Below are positions 21,348 to 31,240 of a stretch of DNA of 64,000 nt, piece after piece. Source of the DNA: Alphaproteobacteria bacterium (GTDB taxonomy: Bacteria > Pseudomonadota > Alphaproteobacteria > Bin95). How positions within the stretch are numbered: position 1 is the first letter of the stretch; every line of letters starts with the position of its first letter. The notes under the pieces were generated by a model, which made no database searches, was not told the origin of the DNA, and saw only the letters and a program-made list of their open reading frames with translations. The position numbers and the translations under genes were made by a program. The stretch is from NCBI GenBank assembly GCA_964291285.2, contig OZ219787.1, positions 1,248,001-1,312,000 on the forward strand. Direction: 5' to 3'.

Positions 21348-22255
21348 GCGCCGCAGGGATTGTTGCGGGTGCGGTAGCGTGTCCCCTTCGCCGGACCAGG
21401 CTTCTTCGGTGGCGGCGCGGCGGCGTCGATGAGGCCGACGATCCACTCCATGTCGTGCAGGCTCCTGTCCACGCCGGCGGCCATGGCGGGCGTCACCCTG
21501 AGCGTCTTGTGGACCCGCACGAAGTTGTAGAAGCAGAAGAACAGCGAGCTCATGTGGATATGGTTCTCGACCTTCTTGGAGAAGGCGTTGGTGAGCCGCG
21601 TGAACCGGCGCATCCCCATCCGCATGGTGAGGTTGTGGCGCTCGACGTGTGACGTGCTGATCTTCTCCGGCTCGGGCCAGCCCTCGACCGTCTTCTTGAT
21701 GATGCCGACGCACTCCGAAGGCGAGTAGCGTTTGGACGCCTCCTTGCCCGCTTCCAGCACGCCGTAGAGCTTCACGAGCTGGGCATAGTCCACGTCGCCC
21801 CCGAACGCGCCCTCGACGGCTTCCAGATAGGCGGCATGGCCATCCGTGGTCAGTTGCACCCGGTTCACCAGCCGCGAGCGCAGATCGTCCATGAGGTCGA
21901 GGGCAACGTCGGCTTCGCGGGTGCCGAACCGGTAGGACAGGATTATCTTCGAGTCGCTGTCGAGAGCGGTCCATGTCCAGAGGTCGCCCGCGCCTGGGGG
22001 AGGTTTCAGGGCGAAGGGGACGTTCTTCTTCTTGGCGTAGCAGAAGGCCCATATCTCGTCGCACTGGACGTGGCGGGCGTGAACCTCCCGGACTGCCTGG
22101 TCGTGGTGCATGGCGCAGGCATGGCCCGCGTCCACGAGCAGCTTGGAGACGGTGTTGATCGAGACATCCGCGATCCGCGTGATGGCCCGCATCGACACAC
22201 CCTCGACGAGCATGTGGAGGATGTGAGCGCGCTTGGCGGTTGAGAGCTTGTTCAT
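21344..22255 (-). CDS. IS1-family DDE transposase (single ORF, N-terminal HTH)
   Basis: QCDEIW, WTWTALD, LTTDG, STSHVERHNLTMR, RFTRLTNAFSKK. Confidence 0.9.
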   Translation of the reverse strand: MNKLSTAKRAHILHMLVEGVSMRAITRIADVSINTVSKLLVDAGHACAMHHDQAVREVHARHVQCDEIWAFCYAKKKNVPFALKPPPGAGDLWTWTALDSDSKIILSYRFGTREADVALDLMDDLRSRLVNRVQLTTDGHAAYLEAVEGAFGGDVDYAQLVKLYGVLEAGKEASKRYSPSECVGIIKKTVEGWPEPEKISTSHVERHNLTMRMGMRRFTRLTNAFSKKVENHIHMSSLFFCFYNFVRVHKTLRVTPAMAAGVDRSLHDMEWIVGLIDAAAPPPKKPGPAKGTRYRTRNNPCGA

Positions 22256-22262
22256 GGCGTTG

Positions 22263-22310
22263 AAGATAAAGGACGATTGCACACTGTCAAGCACAATGTC
22301 ATTTTATCTT
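22263..22310 (-). promoter_or_regulatory. transposase promoter overlapped by an inverted repeat
   Basis: TTGACA-16-TATCTT, 7 nt before ATG; arms AAGATAAA (22263) and TTTATCTT (22303). Confidence 0.6.
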
Positions 22311-23521
22311 TATGCTGCCATGGGGAGCTGGAGCTTGGCCCGCAGATACTCCATCCCCCGGTCGCCCTTCACGGCGTTGCAGGCGCCGCAGAGGAGTTGG
22401 AGGTTGCTGATGTGGTCGGTCCCGCCCTTGGCCCGCGCAATGATATGGTCCACATGAAAGTGCCGAAGCTCAAAGTGATGCTGGCAGCCTCGGCAGTATC
22501 CCGCCTGTTCGCCGTAAAGGTGACGCTTGTTGTTCGGGTGGTTGTACGGAAGCAGCGGGACTAGGTCCGTGCGCTCCGGCAGATCGGTGCGGACCGTGCC
22601 CTTGAAGAACATGCCCAGCTCGTCACGCATCCGAGTCTGGACAAGCTCGGCAGCCTTCGGGGATATGTCGATCCCCACCCATTGCCGCCCCGCGTCTTGT
22701 GCCGCAACGCACGTTGTTGCGCAGCCGCAGAACGGGTCGAGGATCATGCCGTCGGCCGGGCATGACGAAAGGATGATTCGGCGAAGAAGCGCCAGCGGCT
22801 TCTGTGTCGGGTATCCGGTCTCTTCCTTGCCCTTGGTCGTCGGGAACCATCCCCGGCGGCTGGAAAGCTGCATGATGTCCGACCAGACCGTCGAGAGCGG
22901 CATACCAGGGCTTTCGTCGAGGTATTGGCGGACGATCCCTCCGGCCCGCTGTCGGGTGCGGTAGGGCCTGCCCTTTTCATCCTTGTGCCGGAACCAGCGC
23001 AGATACCTGTCCGTATAGGGCGTGTATTGCCGCGCGTAGAAGTGCTTCCCGTATTCCGAGGCATAGGCCAGAAGACAGTCATGCACCTTCACGGGCTTCT
23101 TGCCGCCGACGCGCCCCCCGGACGGGGTGCCGTAGTTCCACACGATTTCGTTGATGAAGTTCCCGCGCCCGAAAATTGCGTCCATCACCAGCTTCAGGTA
23201 GTGAGACGCGAATTGATTGCAGTGCAGGTAGATGGTGCCGCTCGGCTTCAGCAGGCGGTGCATCTCCAGCAGCCGCGCCGCCATATAGACCAGATACGCC
23301 TTGTCGCTTGCCGTCATGGCGGCGAGCAGAACGCGATACAGGGCCGGGTGCTTCGCCTCGATGAGGTTGATCCACTCGGCGTCCACGTCCGTCAGCGTCC
23401 AGGTATCCTTGAACGCAGCCCCGGCGGCCTTGCTGCCGATGGGCGCGGCGTAGTTGGCTTGCGAGTTGAAAGGCGGGTCGAGATAGATGAGGTCAACCGA
23501 GGCACTGTTCATGCCTCGCAT
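22310..23521 (-). CDS. beta-class N6A/N4C DNA methyltransferase with C-terminal HNH domain
   Basis: IYLDPPF, YPTQKP, DPFCGCAT; CRGC...VDHIIARAKGG...NLQLLCGACN; frame stays open to 23587. Confidence 0.9.
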   Translation of the reverse strand: MRGMNSASVDLIYLDPPFNSQANYAAPIGSKAAGAAFKDTWTLTDVDAEWINLIEAKHPALYRVLLAAMTASDKAYLVYMAARLLEMHRLLKPSGTIYLHCNQFASHYLKLVMDAIFGRGNFINEIVWNYGTPSGGRVGGKKPVKVHDCLLAYASEYGKHFYARQYTPYTDRYLRWFRHKDEKGRPYRTRQRAGGIVRQYLDESPGMPLSTVWSDIMQLSSRRGWFPTTKGKEETGYPTQKPLALLRRIILSSCPADGMILDPFCGCATTCVAAQDAGRQWVGIDISPKAAELVQTRMRDELGMFFKGTVRTDLPERTDLVPLLPYNHPNNKRHLYGEQAGYCRGCQHHFELRHFHVDHIIARAKGGTDHISNLQLLCGACNAVKGDRGMEYLRAKLQLPMAA

Positions 23522-23587
23522 GATGTTCAGATTGTCGCCGGTCCAGACTGTCTGGTTAGCCCAATTCGGACTCCCTGGGGGGGGGTA

Positions 23588-23827
23588 CTACGCTTTGGCA
23601 TCGGCCCACCGCGCTGCCGCCGCGGCCTGGGCGATCTCCTTGCGCCGTTCGGGCGTCATCGCGCGCGCGCGGGCTTTTCCTCCGGCGCGGCCGCCCTTGG
23701 CCTTGTTCGGCTGCCGGGGCTGCTCCTCAAGGGTTTCCTCGATGTCGCCGACTGCGATCTTGCAGACATGCACGGCATTGCTGATCACGTCAGCCGGGCG
23801 CTTCTGCCCCTGCGGTCCTGTGGGCAT
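23588..23827 (-). CDS. small basic protein (KGG-like repeat) of the IS cargo
   Basis: KRPADV..NA, KGGRAGGKARA..TPERRKEIA..AAAARW; GGAGG RBS. Confidence 0.75.
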   Translation of the reverse strand: MPTGPQGQKRPADVISNAVHVCKIAVGDIEETLEEQPRQPNKAKGGRAGGKARARAMTPERRKEIAQAAAAARWADAKA

Positions 23828-23940
23828 CGTCGTTCCTCCTTGCCAGACGCGGCGATGGTATCACCGCTTGGGGACGATGCGAACAGGGTCGATTTGGCCT
23901 CACAAAGTCAAAGTGAGACACTACCCGGCCCATGCCGTCC

Positions 23941-24135
23941 TTGCATTGAGCTTTCTCAGAACGCAGACTGCTTCCCGCAAGCAATACGCGGACACCCGCT
24001 CTGTCGGGCCGCCCGCTGAATAGAACAGCCTGATACCCGGCAAGGGAGTAGCTACCCAGGCCCGGCGAATAGGCGGGGCTTTACGCATCCGCGTGTTGCT
24101 TGCAACGGCCCGACGCCAGCTTCGGGCCTTTGTGT
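23941..24135 (+). ncRNA. candidate structured RNA / leader with its own promoter
   Basis: TTGCAT-17-CAGACT; 16-bp stem 23977-92/24088-103; alternative 9-bp pairing 24003-11/24106-14. Confidence 0.4.
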
Positions 24136-24152
24136 CGAAGCGAGGCGCGGGG

Positions 24153-24944
24153 ATGGCCCAACTGCCTGTCTATGTCATCAATCTCGACCGGCGCCCGGAC
24201 CGGTGGGCGGCGATGTCCGCGCAGCTGGACCGGCTCGGCATCGGGGCGGCGCGCATCCCCGCAATCGACAAGGAGTGCCTGGCGGGCGACCCGGCGCTTC
24301 TCAGGATGGGCGCGGGCCATGTCGCCTGCGCGCGCAGCCACTACAAGGCGATGCAGGCGCTTGTCGATTGCGGAGCGCCCGCCGCGCTCGTCCTCGAAGA
24401 CGATGTCGAGGTCGGCGGGGAAGTCCCGGCGCTTATCGCGTCGCTGGAATGGTGGCCCGGCGAACACGGGCTGGTGAAGCTGCAAAGCACGATCGCGCCC
24501 GACAGGCGGATATGGCTGGGCCCCGCCGTCGGCGCCACGCCGAGCGGCCGCGCCCTCAGGCCGATCATGGGCAGCCACCTGGGCGCATACGGATACCTGA
24601 TCGACCGCGACGCCGCCCTGGAGGCGCTTGAGACCGCCCCGGCGACGCCCATGCCGATCGACCATCTGCTGTTCAATCTCGGCAACTCGCATCTCGCGCA
24701 CAGCCTCGCTCCGCTGCAGATGACGCCGGGCGCAATCCGCCACCTGCCCTACGGGATGTTCGGCTCGGACACCGGAGAGCACCGGGTCGAAGGGCGGAGG
24801 CTCTGGAAGCCCGGCTACGCGACCCGCCTGTCGCTCAAGAAGACATGGATGTGGGCCGCGGCGAGGGGCCGGTGCGAGCGCATCGGCGTCGGATACTGCC
24901 CCGGCCCGAAGGCGAACCGGACCGCCGGGGCCGCGGCCGGGTGA
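24153..24944 (+). CDS. glycosyltransferase family 25
   Basis: YVINLDRRPDR, C..SH, LVLEDD, YLI. Confidence 0.88.
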   Translation: MAQLPVYVINLDRRPDRWAAMSAQLDRLGIGAARIPAIDKECLAGDPALLRMGAGHVACARSHYKAMQALVDCGAPAALVLEDDVEVGGEVPALIASLEWWPGEHGLVKLQSTIAPDRRIWLGPAVGATPSGRALRPIMGSHLGAYGYLIDRDAALEALETAPATPMPIDHLLFNLGNSHLAHSLAPLQMTPGAIRHLPYGMFGSDTGEHRVEGRRLWKPGYATRLSLKKTWMWAAARGRCERIGVGYCPGPKANRTAGAAAG

Positions 24945-25768
24945 TGCTGCCGGTTTTTGTCATCAATCTCGACCGCCGCCCGGACCGGTGGGCGGCGATG
25001 TCCGCGCAAATGGACCGCCTCGGCATCGGGGCGACGCGCATCCCGGCGGTCGATGCCCGCCTGCTGGCGGCGCAGGAGGAATGGGAGCGAACGACGAACG
25101 GCAATCCGCCCTTCTGGCGCATCAATCTGGGCTCGGCGGCCAACATGCTCGGCCACGGCAGGGCCATGAGCGAGCTGCTCGGGTCGGACGCCCCGGCGGC
25201 GCTGATTCTGGAAGACGATGCGGCGCTCGCTCCCGATACGCCTTCACTGCTGGAGTCGGTGGACTGGTGGCCCTCCGGCGCGCATGCCGTGCGGCTGGAA
25301 GAAAGCCTTCCGGGGACCCTCCGGTGGCGCAAGGCCGCGCCGCTGTGGCGGTCGTCGGGCAGGACGCCGAGCGGGCGCGGGCTGCACCGTCTGGAAAGAT
25401 GGTGCCCCGGGGCCGCGGCCTATCTGATCGACCGGCGCGGGGCGCAGATCGCGCTCGCCGCGTTCGCCGATCCCGACAACAGCCTTGACCAGACGTTGTT
25501 CGACCTTCGCTATTCCAGGGCAGCCCGCCGGCTGCGGACGGTGCAGATATTGCCGGCGATGGCGCGCCAGCGCGAAGAGGACGGAAGCGACCAGGCCGCG
25601 TGGCGCCAGGCGGCGGAGTTGCGGGGCCGGAAAAGGCGCCTCCATCGCCTGCGGAGGAACCTTCGCGCCCTGCCGTACAAGGCGCGCGTGCAGGCGCTGT
25701 TCGCCCTCGGGATGGTGCGGAAGGTCCGCATTTCCTACAGCGACGATCCGCCGGGGCGTCCGTGCTGA
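24941..25768 (+). CDS. glycosyltransferase family 25 (paralog)
   Basis: FVINLDRRPDR, LILEDD, AAAYLI. Confidence 0.88.
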   Translation: MMLPVFVINLDRRPDRWAAMSAQMDRLGIGATRIPAVDARLLAAQEEWERTTNGNPPFWRINLGSAANMLGHGRAMSELLGSDAPAALILEDDAALAPDTPSLLESVDWWPSGAHAVRLEESLPGTLRWRKAAPLWRSSGRTPSGRGLHRLERWCPGAAAYLIDRRGAQIALAAFADPDNSLDQTLFDLRYSRAARRLRTVQILPAMARQREEDGSDQAAWRQAAELRGRKRRLHRLRRNLRALPYKARVQALFALGMVRKVRISYSDDPPGRPC

Positions 25769-25992
25769 ACGCCATGCCGCCGATCTTCGTGGTCTCCCTG
25801 GTCCGGGAGGCCGAACGCCGCGCCCGCATGCGGAAGGAACTGAAGGCGCAGCAGCTCGATTTCGAGTTTTTCGACGCGGTGGACGGGGCCGGGCTGACCG
25901 AGGACTGCTGCCGCCGCCGGATGCACCGGACCGAACGAAGCGGTGAGCCGACGGCGCGGAGTCGCCCGTCAACCGTGCGCAGGGGGATATGA
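25762..25992 (+). pseudogene. truncated GT25 (N-terminus only)
   Basis: IFVVSL..ERR..FEFFDAVDG then early stop. Confidence 0.65.
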
Positions 25993-25995
25993 GGC

Positions 25996-27297
25996 ATGAA
26001 TACCGGTCGAGCGGTCCGCGGCCGGTGTTTGCCGCGCATCGGCATGGTGCTGCCGGACCTGGCAGGCGGCGGCGCGGAAAGAACCGTGTTGACGCTGGCA
26101 GGTGCTCTTCTCGAACGAGGATACCCCGTTGACCTCGTTCTTCTGCGTTTGAACGGTTCATACAAGCGCACGATACCGGACGGGATTCGGATATATTATC
26201 GACAGCGCAAAAGAACTACCGACCCGAACTTTCTGGCGCACTGCCGCGAGCGCGGGATCGAAGCGCACCCGCTTGCGGTCGATCTTCTGGCTACGTGCAG
26301 TGCATGGCGGTCCCTGCAAAGGCTTCATTCCGGCGCTCCCCTGAAGTGGGCGCAAATACGCGCGGCAGTCGCCATCGCCCGCTATATACGCGAGGCGCAA
26401 CCTCAATTGCTGTTTGCTGCTCTGCCGCCTGCAAATTGTGCGGCAATACTCGGCGCGGAATTGGAGAAGACCTGTATTCCCGTCATAGCGTCTATTCATA
26501 TCAACGTCGATACCGGCGACAGCTACAAAGGACGGGGGAGGGAGATTGCGATCTCGACCGATCCCAGAGCCGACGCGGTGGTGGCGGTTTCTCAAGGCGT
26601 GGCTAGGACCGTGATCGACACTTTGGGTGTCGATGCGCGGAAAACACATGTAATTTACAATCCTGCTCCTGTGTCGGAAATACGCCGCCTGGCCGAACAG
26701 GAAGTCCAACACCCCTGGTTTCAGGCTGCTGAAATTCCGATTGTTCTCAGCGTGCTTGCTCAAAGAAACCAGAAAGACTGGCGCACACTTGTTTCGGCAT
26801 TTGGAGCAGTGCGCCGGAAAACGAACGCCCGTCTCGCAATTCTCGAAGATCTGTCGGCCGACTACCGCAACCAAATTACATCTCTGGCCAGGGAAATGGG
26901 GGTGGAAGACGACATCGCCTTTCTGGGCTTTGTCGAGAACCCGTTCAGCTACATGCGGCGTGCTGCGCTGTATGTATTGTCGTCGAGATACGAAGGCCTG
27001 GCGAACGTCCTCATCGAGGCGATGGCCTGCGGCACCCCGGTTGTCAGTACCGATGCGCCATACGGGCCGGCGGAAATTCTCGAGGGAGGCCGGTGGGGGC
27101 GGCTTGTGCCGGTCGGCGATGCGGAGGCGCTGGCCGCAGCGATTGTCGAGAGTTTGGAAGGCGGCGCGGTTTCCACGGCGGAACTCGAACGGCGCGCCGA
27201 TGACTTTTCCGCAGAGCGCCTTGTTCCCGTCTATGAGGATTTGTTCAAGAGGATGATTGGGAAAGGGAAGGGCGCAACGGTCCAGGAGCGGGTTTGA
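25996..27297 (+). CDS. glycosyltransferase family 4
   Basis: GGGAER, SSRYEGLANVLIEAMACG. Confidence 0.9.
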   Translation: MNTGRAVRGRCLPRIGMVLPDLAGGGAERTVLTLAGALLERGYPVDLVLLRLNGSYKRTIPDGIRIYYRQRKRTTDPNFLAHCRERGIEAHPLAVDLLATCSAWRSLQRLHSGAPLKWAQIRAAVAIARYIREAQPQLLFAALPPANCAAILGAELEKTCIPVIASIHINVDTGDSYKGRGREIAISTDPRADAVVAVSQGVARTVIDTLGVDARKTHVIYNPAPVSEIRRLAEQEVQHPWFQAAEIPIVLSVLAQRNQKDWRTLVSAFGAVRRKTNARLAILEDLSADYRNQITSLAREMGVEDDIAFLGFVENPFSYMRRAALYVLSSRYEGLANVLIEAMACGTPVVSTDAPYGPAEILEGGRWGRLVPVGDAEALAAAIVESLEGGAVSTAELERRADDFSAERLVPVYEDLFKRMIGKGKGATVQERV

Positions 27298-27364
27298 GCG
27301 GGAACGTCCGACCGATGGGAAGCGGCAGAGGAAACATCCCGGCCTTCCGCGGAGAGCATGAGAG

Positions 27365-28291
27365 ATGAACATCCGTCGAGTGATCCCCCGTCGGTTTTTG
27401 CCGCGCAATGCGTGGGGCGACAGGGAATCCGCCCGGCGGCGCTTCGTTCGCAGGCACGGGCGCCCTCCCAGCCCGCAGAAGCCCGAGCGGCTTACCGACT
27501 ATCTCTACAGGATCATGGTAGATGGCTCGCTGACCGACCCGTTGCGCCAGTTCGTCACCGACAAGGAGTTCGCGAAGCTCTATATCGAAAGCACGGTCGG
27601 GCCGGGCTATCTGCCGGAGACTTACCGGATATTGAGGAATGCGGACGACATAGAGACATTCGTTCCGGACCGGGTTCCCTGCGTGGTGAAGCCCACGCAC
27701 CTGAGCGGCTACGTGCAGTTCTACATCGACCCGGACGAAACTATTGACCGGGACCTGTTGCACAAATGGTTGAACACAGAATACTACAGCATCACGAGGG
27801 AAGCCAATTACCGCTATCTCCGGCCGAAGATCGTCGTCGAGGAGTTTCTTTCCGAAGACGGCGTCTCCGCTCCGAAAGATTACAAATTGTTCTGCTTTCA
27901 CGGCGTTCCGAAGCTGATTCAGGTGGATTCTGGCCGGTTCGGCGAGCACACGCGGAATTTCTACGATCTCGACTGGAACCGGCTGCCCATGACTAGGCTC
28001 TATCCAGCGGGCGAAGAAGACGACGACAGACCTGAACCCCTTCAAGAAATGTTGGAGGTAGCGGCGCGGTTATCTTCCCCGTTTTCTTTCGTGCGGGCCG
28101 ATCTGTATGCGATCTCGACAGATGTCAGGATAGGAGAATTGACGTTTTGTCCCGGAGGCGCCAACGAAGTTATGCTCCCGCTCGCCGCCGACATCGAGCT
28201 CGCAAAACTCTTCGACCCTGATTATCGGTTGGATGGGAAGGCTTGCGCCGAGGCGTGGGCGGCCGAGCGACGGCCTGCCGCCGCAGCCTGA
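27365..28291 (+). CDS. TupA-like ATP-grasp protein
   Basis: DK..AK, VVKPTH.SG, VEEFL, DYKLFCFHG, VRADLY, GELTFCP. Confidence 0.85.
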   Translation: MNIRRVIPRRFLPRNAWGDRESARRRFVRRHGRPPSPQKPERLTDYLYRIMVDGSLTDPLRQFVTDKEFAKLYIESTVGPGYLPETYRILRNADDIETFVPDRVPCVVKPTHLSGYVQFYIDPDETIDRDLLHKWLNTEYYSITREANYRYLRPKIVVEEFLSEDGVSAPKDYKLFCFHGVPKLIQVDSGRFGEHTRNFYDLDWNRLPMTRLYPAGEEDDDRPEPLQEMLEVAARLSSPFSFVRADLYAISTDVRIGELTFCPGGANEVMLPLAADIELAKLFDPDYRLDGKACAEAWAAERRPAAAA

Positions 28292-28400
28292 GCGCAGCGC
28301 CTCCGCATCGTTGCACTGTCCTCCATCCCGGCGCAGGCCGGGGACGGGAGGCCGCTCCCGCTCCTCCAGTCATGAAAAATTTCTGGTATTTTTGAAAATT

Positions 28401-28442
28401 GTTCCTCATTTGATCTTGACATATGCCAGAGTGTGGTATGCT
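28401..28442 (+). promoter_or_regulatory. sigma70-like promoter with possible LexA box
   Basis: GTTC-N7-GATC (28401-15) abutting TTGACA (28416) and TG-n-TATGCT (15-bp spacer). Confidence 0.4.
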
Positions 28443-28544
28443 GTTCCTGAGGGAAGAGGCATCCGGAGCCGCTTCCCCGGCGTTGCGCGGCGCCATTTTT
28501 GAAAACCACCGAGGGAGCCGACAGGAGAGCGACTGTGTTGTCGG

Positions 28545-30253
<1,709 letters not shown>

Positions 30254-30273
<20 letters not shown>

Positions 30274-30622
30274 CCACCTTCCGGTCCAGAACCCGGAGGT
30301 CTCCCTGGACCTGTGCCAGCCCGGCCACCAGCGCCTGCCGCTCCTCCCGTGCCCGCTCCAGACCGGCCGCCAGCGTCTCCTGTCCTTCCTCGACAGCGAT
30401 CAGGCGGGTCTCGACGACGCCGAGCCGCGCGTTCATCTCATGGATGGAAAGCGCAATCCAGCCAAGCAGCCCCAGCAGGGCGACCGCCAGCACGGGATAC
30501 AGCCAGTCCCGCTGCGCCAATGGCCGCCGGGCGGCGGACTCCGCCAGGGCGGCCGCGGCGTCGGGCCGGACGCCGGCCTGCTCCAGCGCGCTGCGGATCT
30601 GTTCGGGCGATGCGGTCGCCAT
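30254..30622 (-). CDS. TM + coiled-coil small protein
   Basis: GAGG RBS, single TM, heptad-rich C-terminus. Confidence 0.65.
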
Positions 30623-30709
30623 GATGTCCTCTCGCTGACGGCCGGAAACACCATAGCCCGCCCGGGTCCGGCCGTCCACAACGGGCCGGGCGCCGCCCCG
30701 CTTCGCGCC

Positions 30710-30803
30710 GGCGCGCACATAACCTGCGAATCAGGGTCCCGCCGCCAGGGCAGGCCGGCGGCGGGGAGAACGGAACGAAAGGGAACGAACCGGGATGGAG
30801 GAA
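30710..30803 (+). repeat. ~94-bp direct repeat, copy 2
   Basis: matches 29732-29825. Confidence 0.85.
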
Positions 30804-30886
30804 GGACCGCTCTCATGCCCGAAGGAACAACAGGATATGCGCCGACGGCATGCGGATCATGACATCTCATGACATGCGGTGGTCCC

Positions 30887-31014
30887 TCGATACGCGGCTG
30901 GCGACGCTACTCAGGATGAGGGTTCTGTCCCGGCCGCCATCCCCGCCCCTCATCCTGAGTAGCGACCGCGCCAGCGGGCGCGTATCGAAAGCCTGTCCTG
31001 AGCTTGTCGAAGGG
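30887..31014. repeat. inverted REP-like pair plus CCTGTCCTGAGCTTGTCGAAGG unit
   Basis: GCTACTCAGGATGAGGG (30906-22) / CCCTCATCCTGAGTAGC (30947-63); TCGATACGCG / CGCGTATCGA. Confidence 0.75.
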
Positions 31015-31240
31015 GACTGCTCCGAACCGCCCCGCGCACGCGGGCGCGCGAGCGCGGGCGGGCGCGCATAATGCGCGGGCGAGGGACGCGCCTCCGGCAA
31101 CGGGGGCGTCCGGGACCACGGACCGGCAAGCAGGCTGCAATGCCTTGCGAACGACCGGGGCGGAGACCGGCCCGCATGACAAAACATGACATCCCATGAC
31201 GTGCCCGCGGGGTGGGCCCCGGGCCGGGAGCCGGTCCGGC

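Larger units (their letters stand above)
20788..23925 (-). mobile_element. IS1-family cargo-carrying element, 3138 bp
   Basis: perfect 22-bp TIR GGTAGTGTCTCACTTTGACTTT (20788-20809; reverse complement 23904-23925); 8-bp TSD CGGCCCAT (20780-20787, 23926-23933); internal DDE transposase. Confidence 0.93.

Noticed and set aside
23977-24115. ZTP riboswitch for glyA or yybP-ykoY riboswitch
   Set aside because: Only short motifs (GCCTGGG, GGGAGTAGC) match; the remaining consensus elements and gene context were not found.
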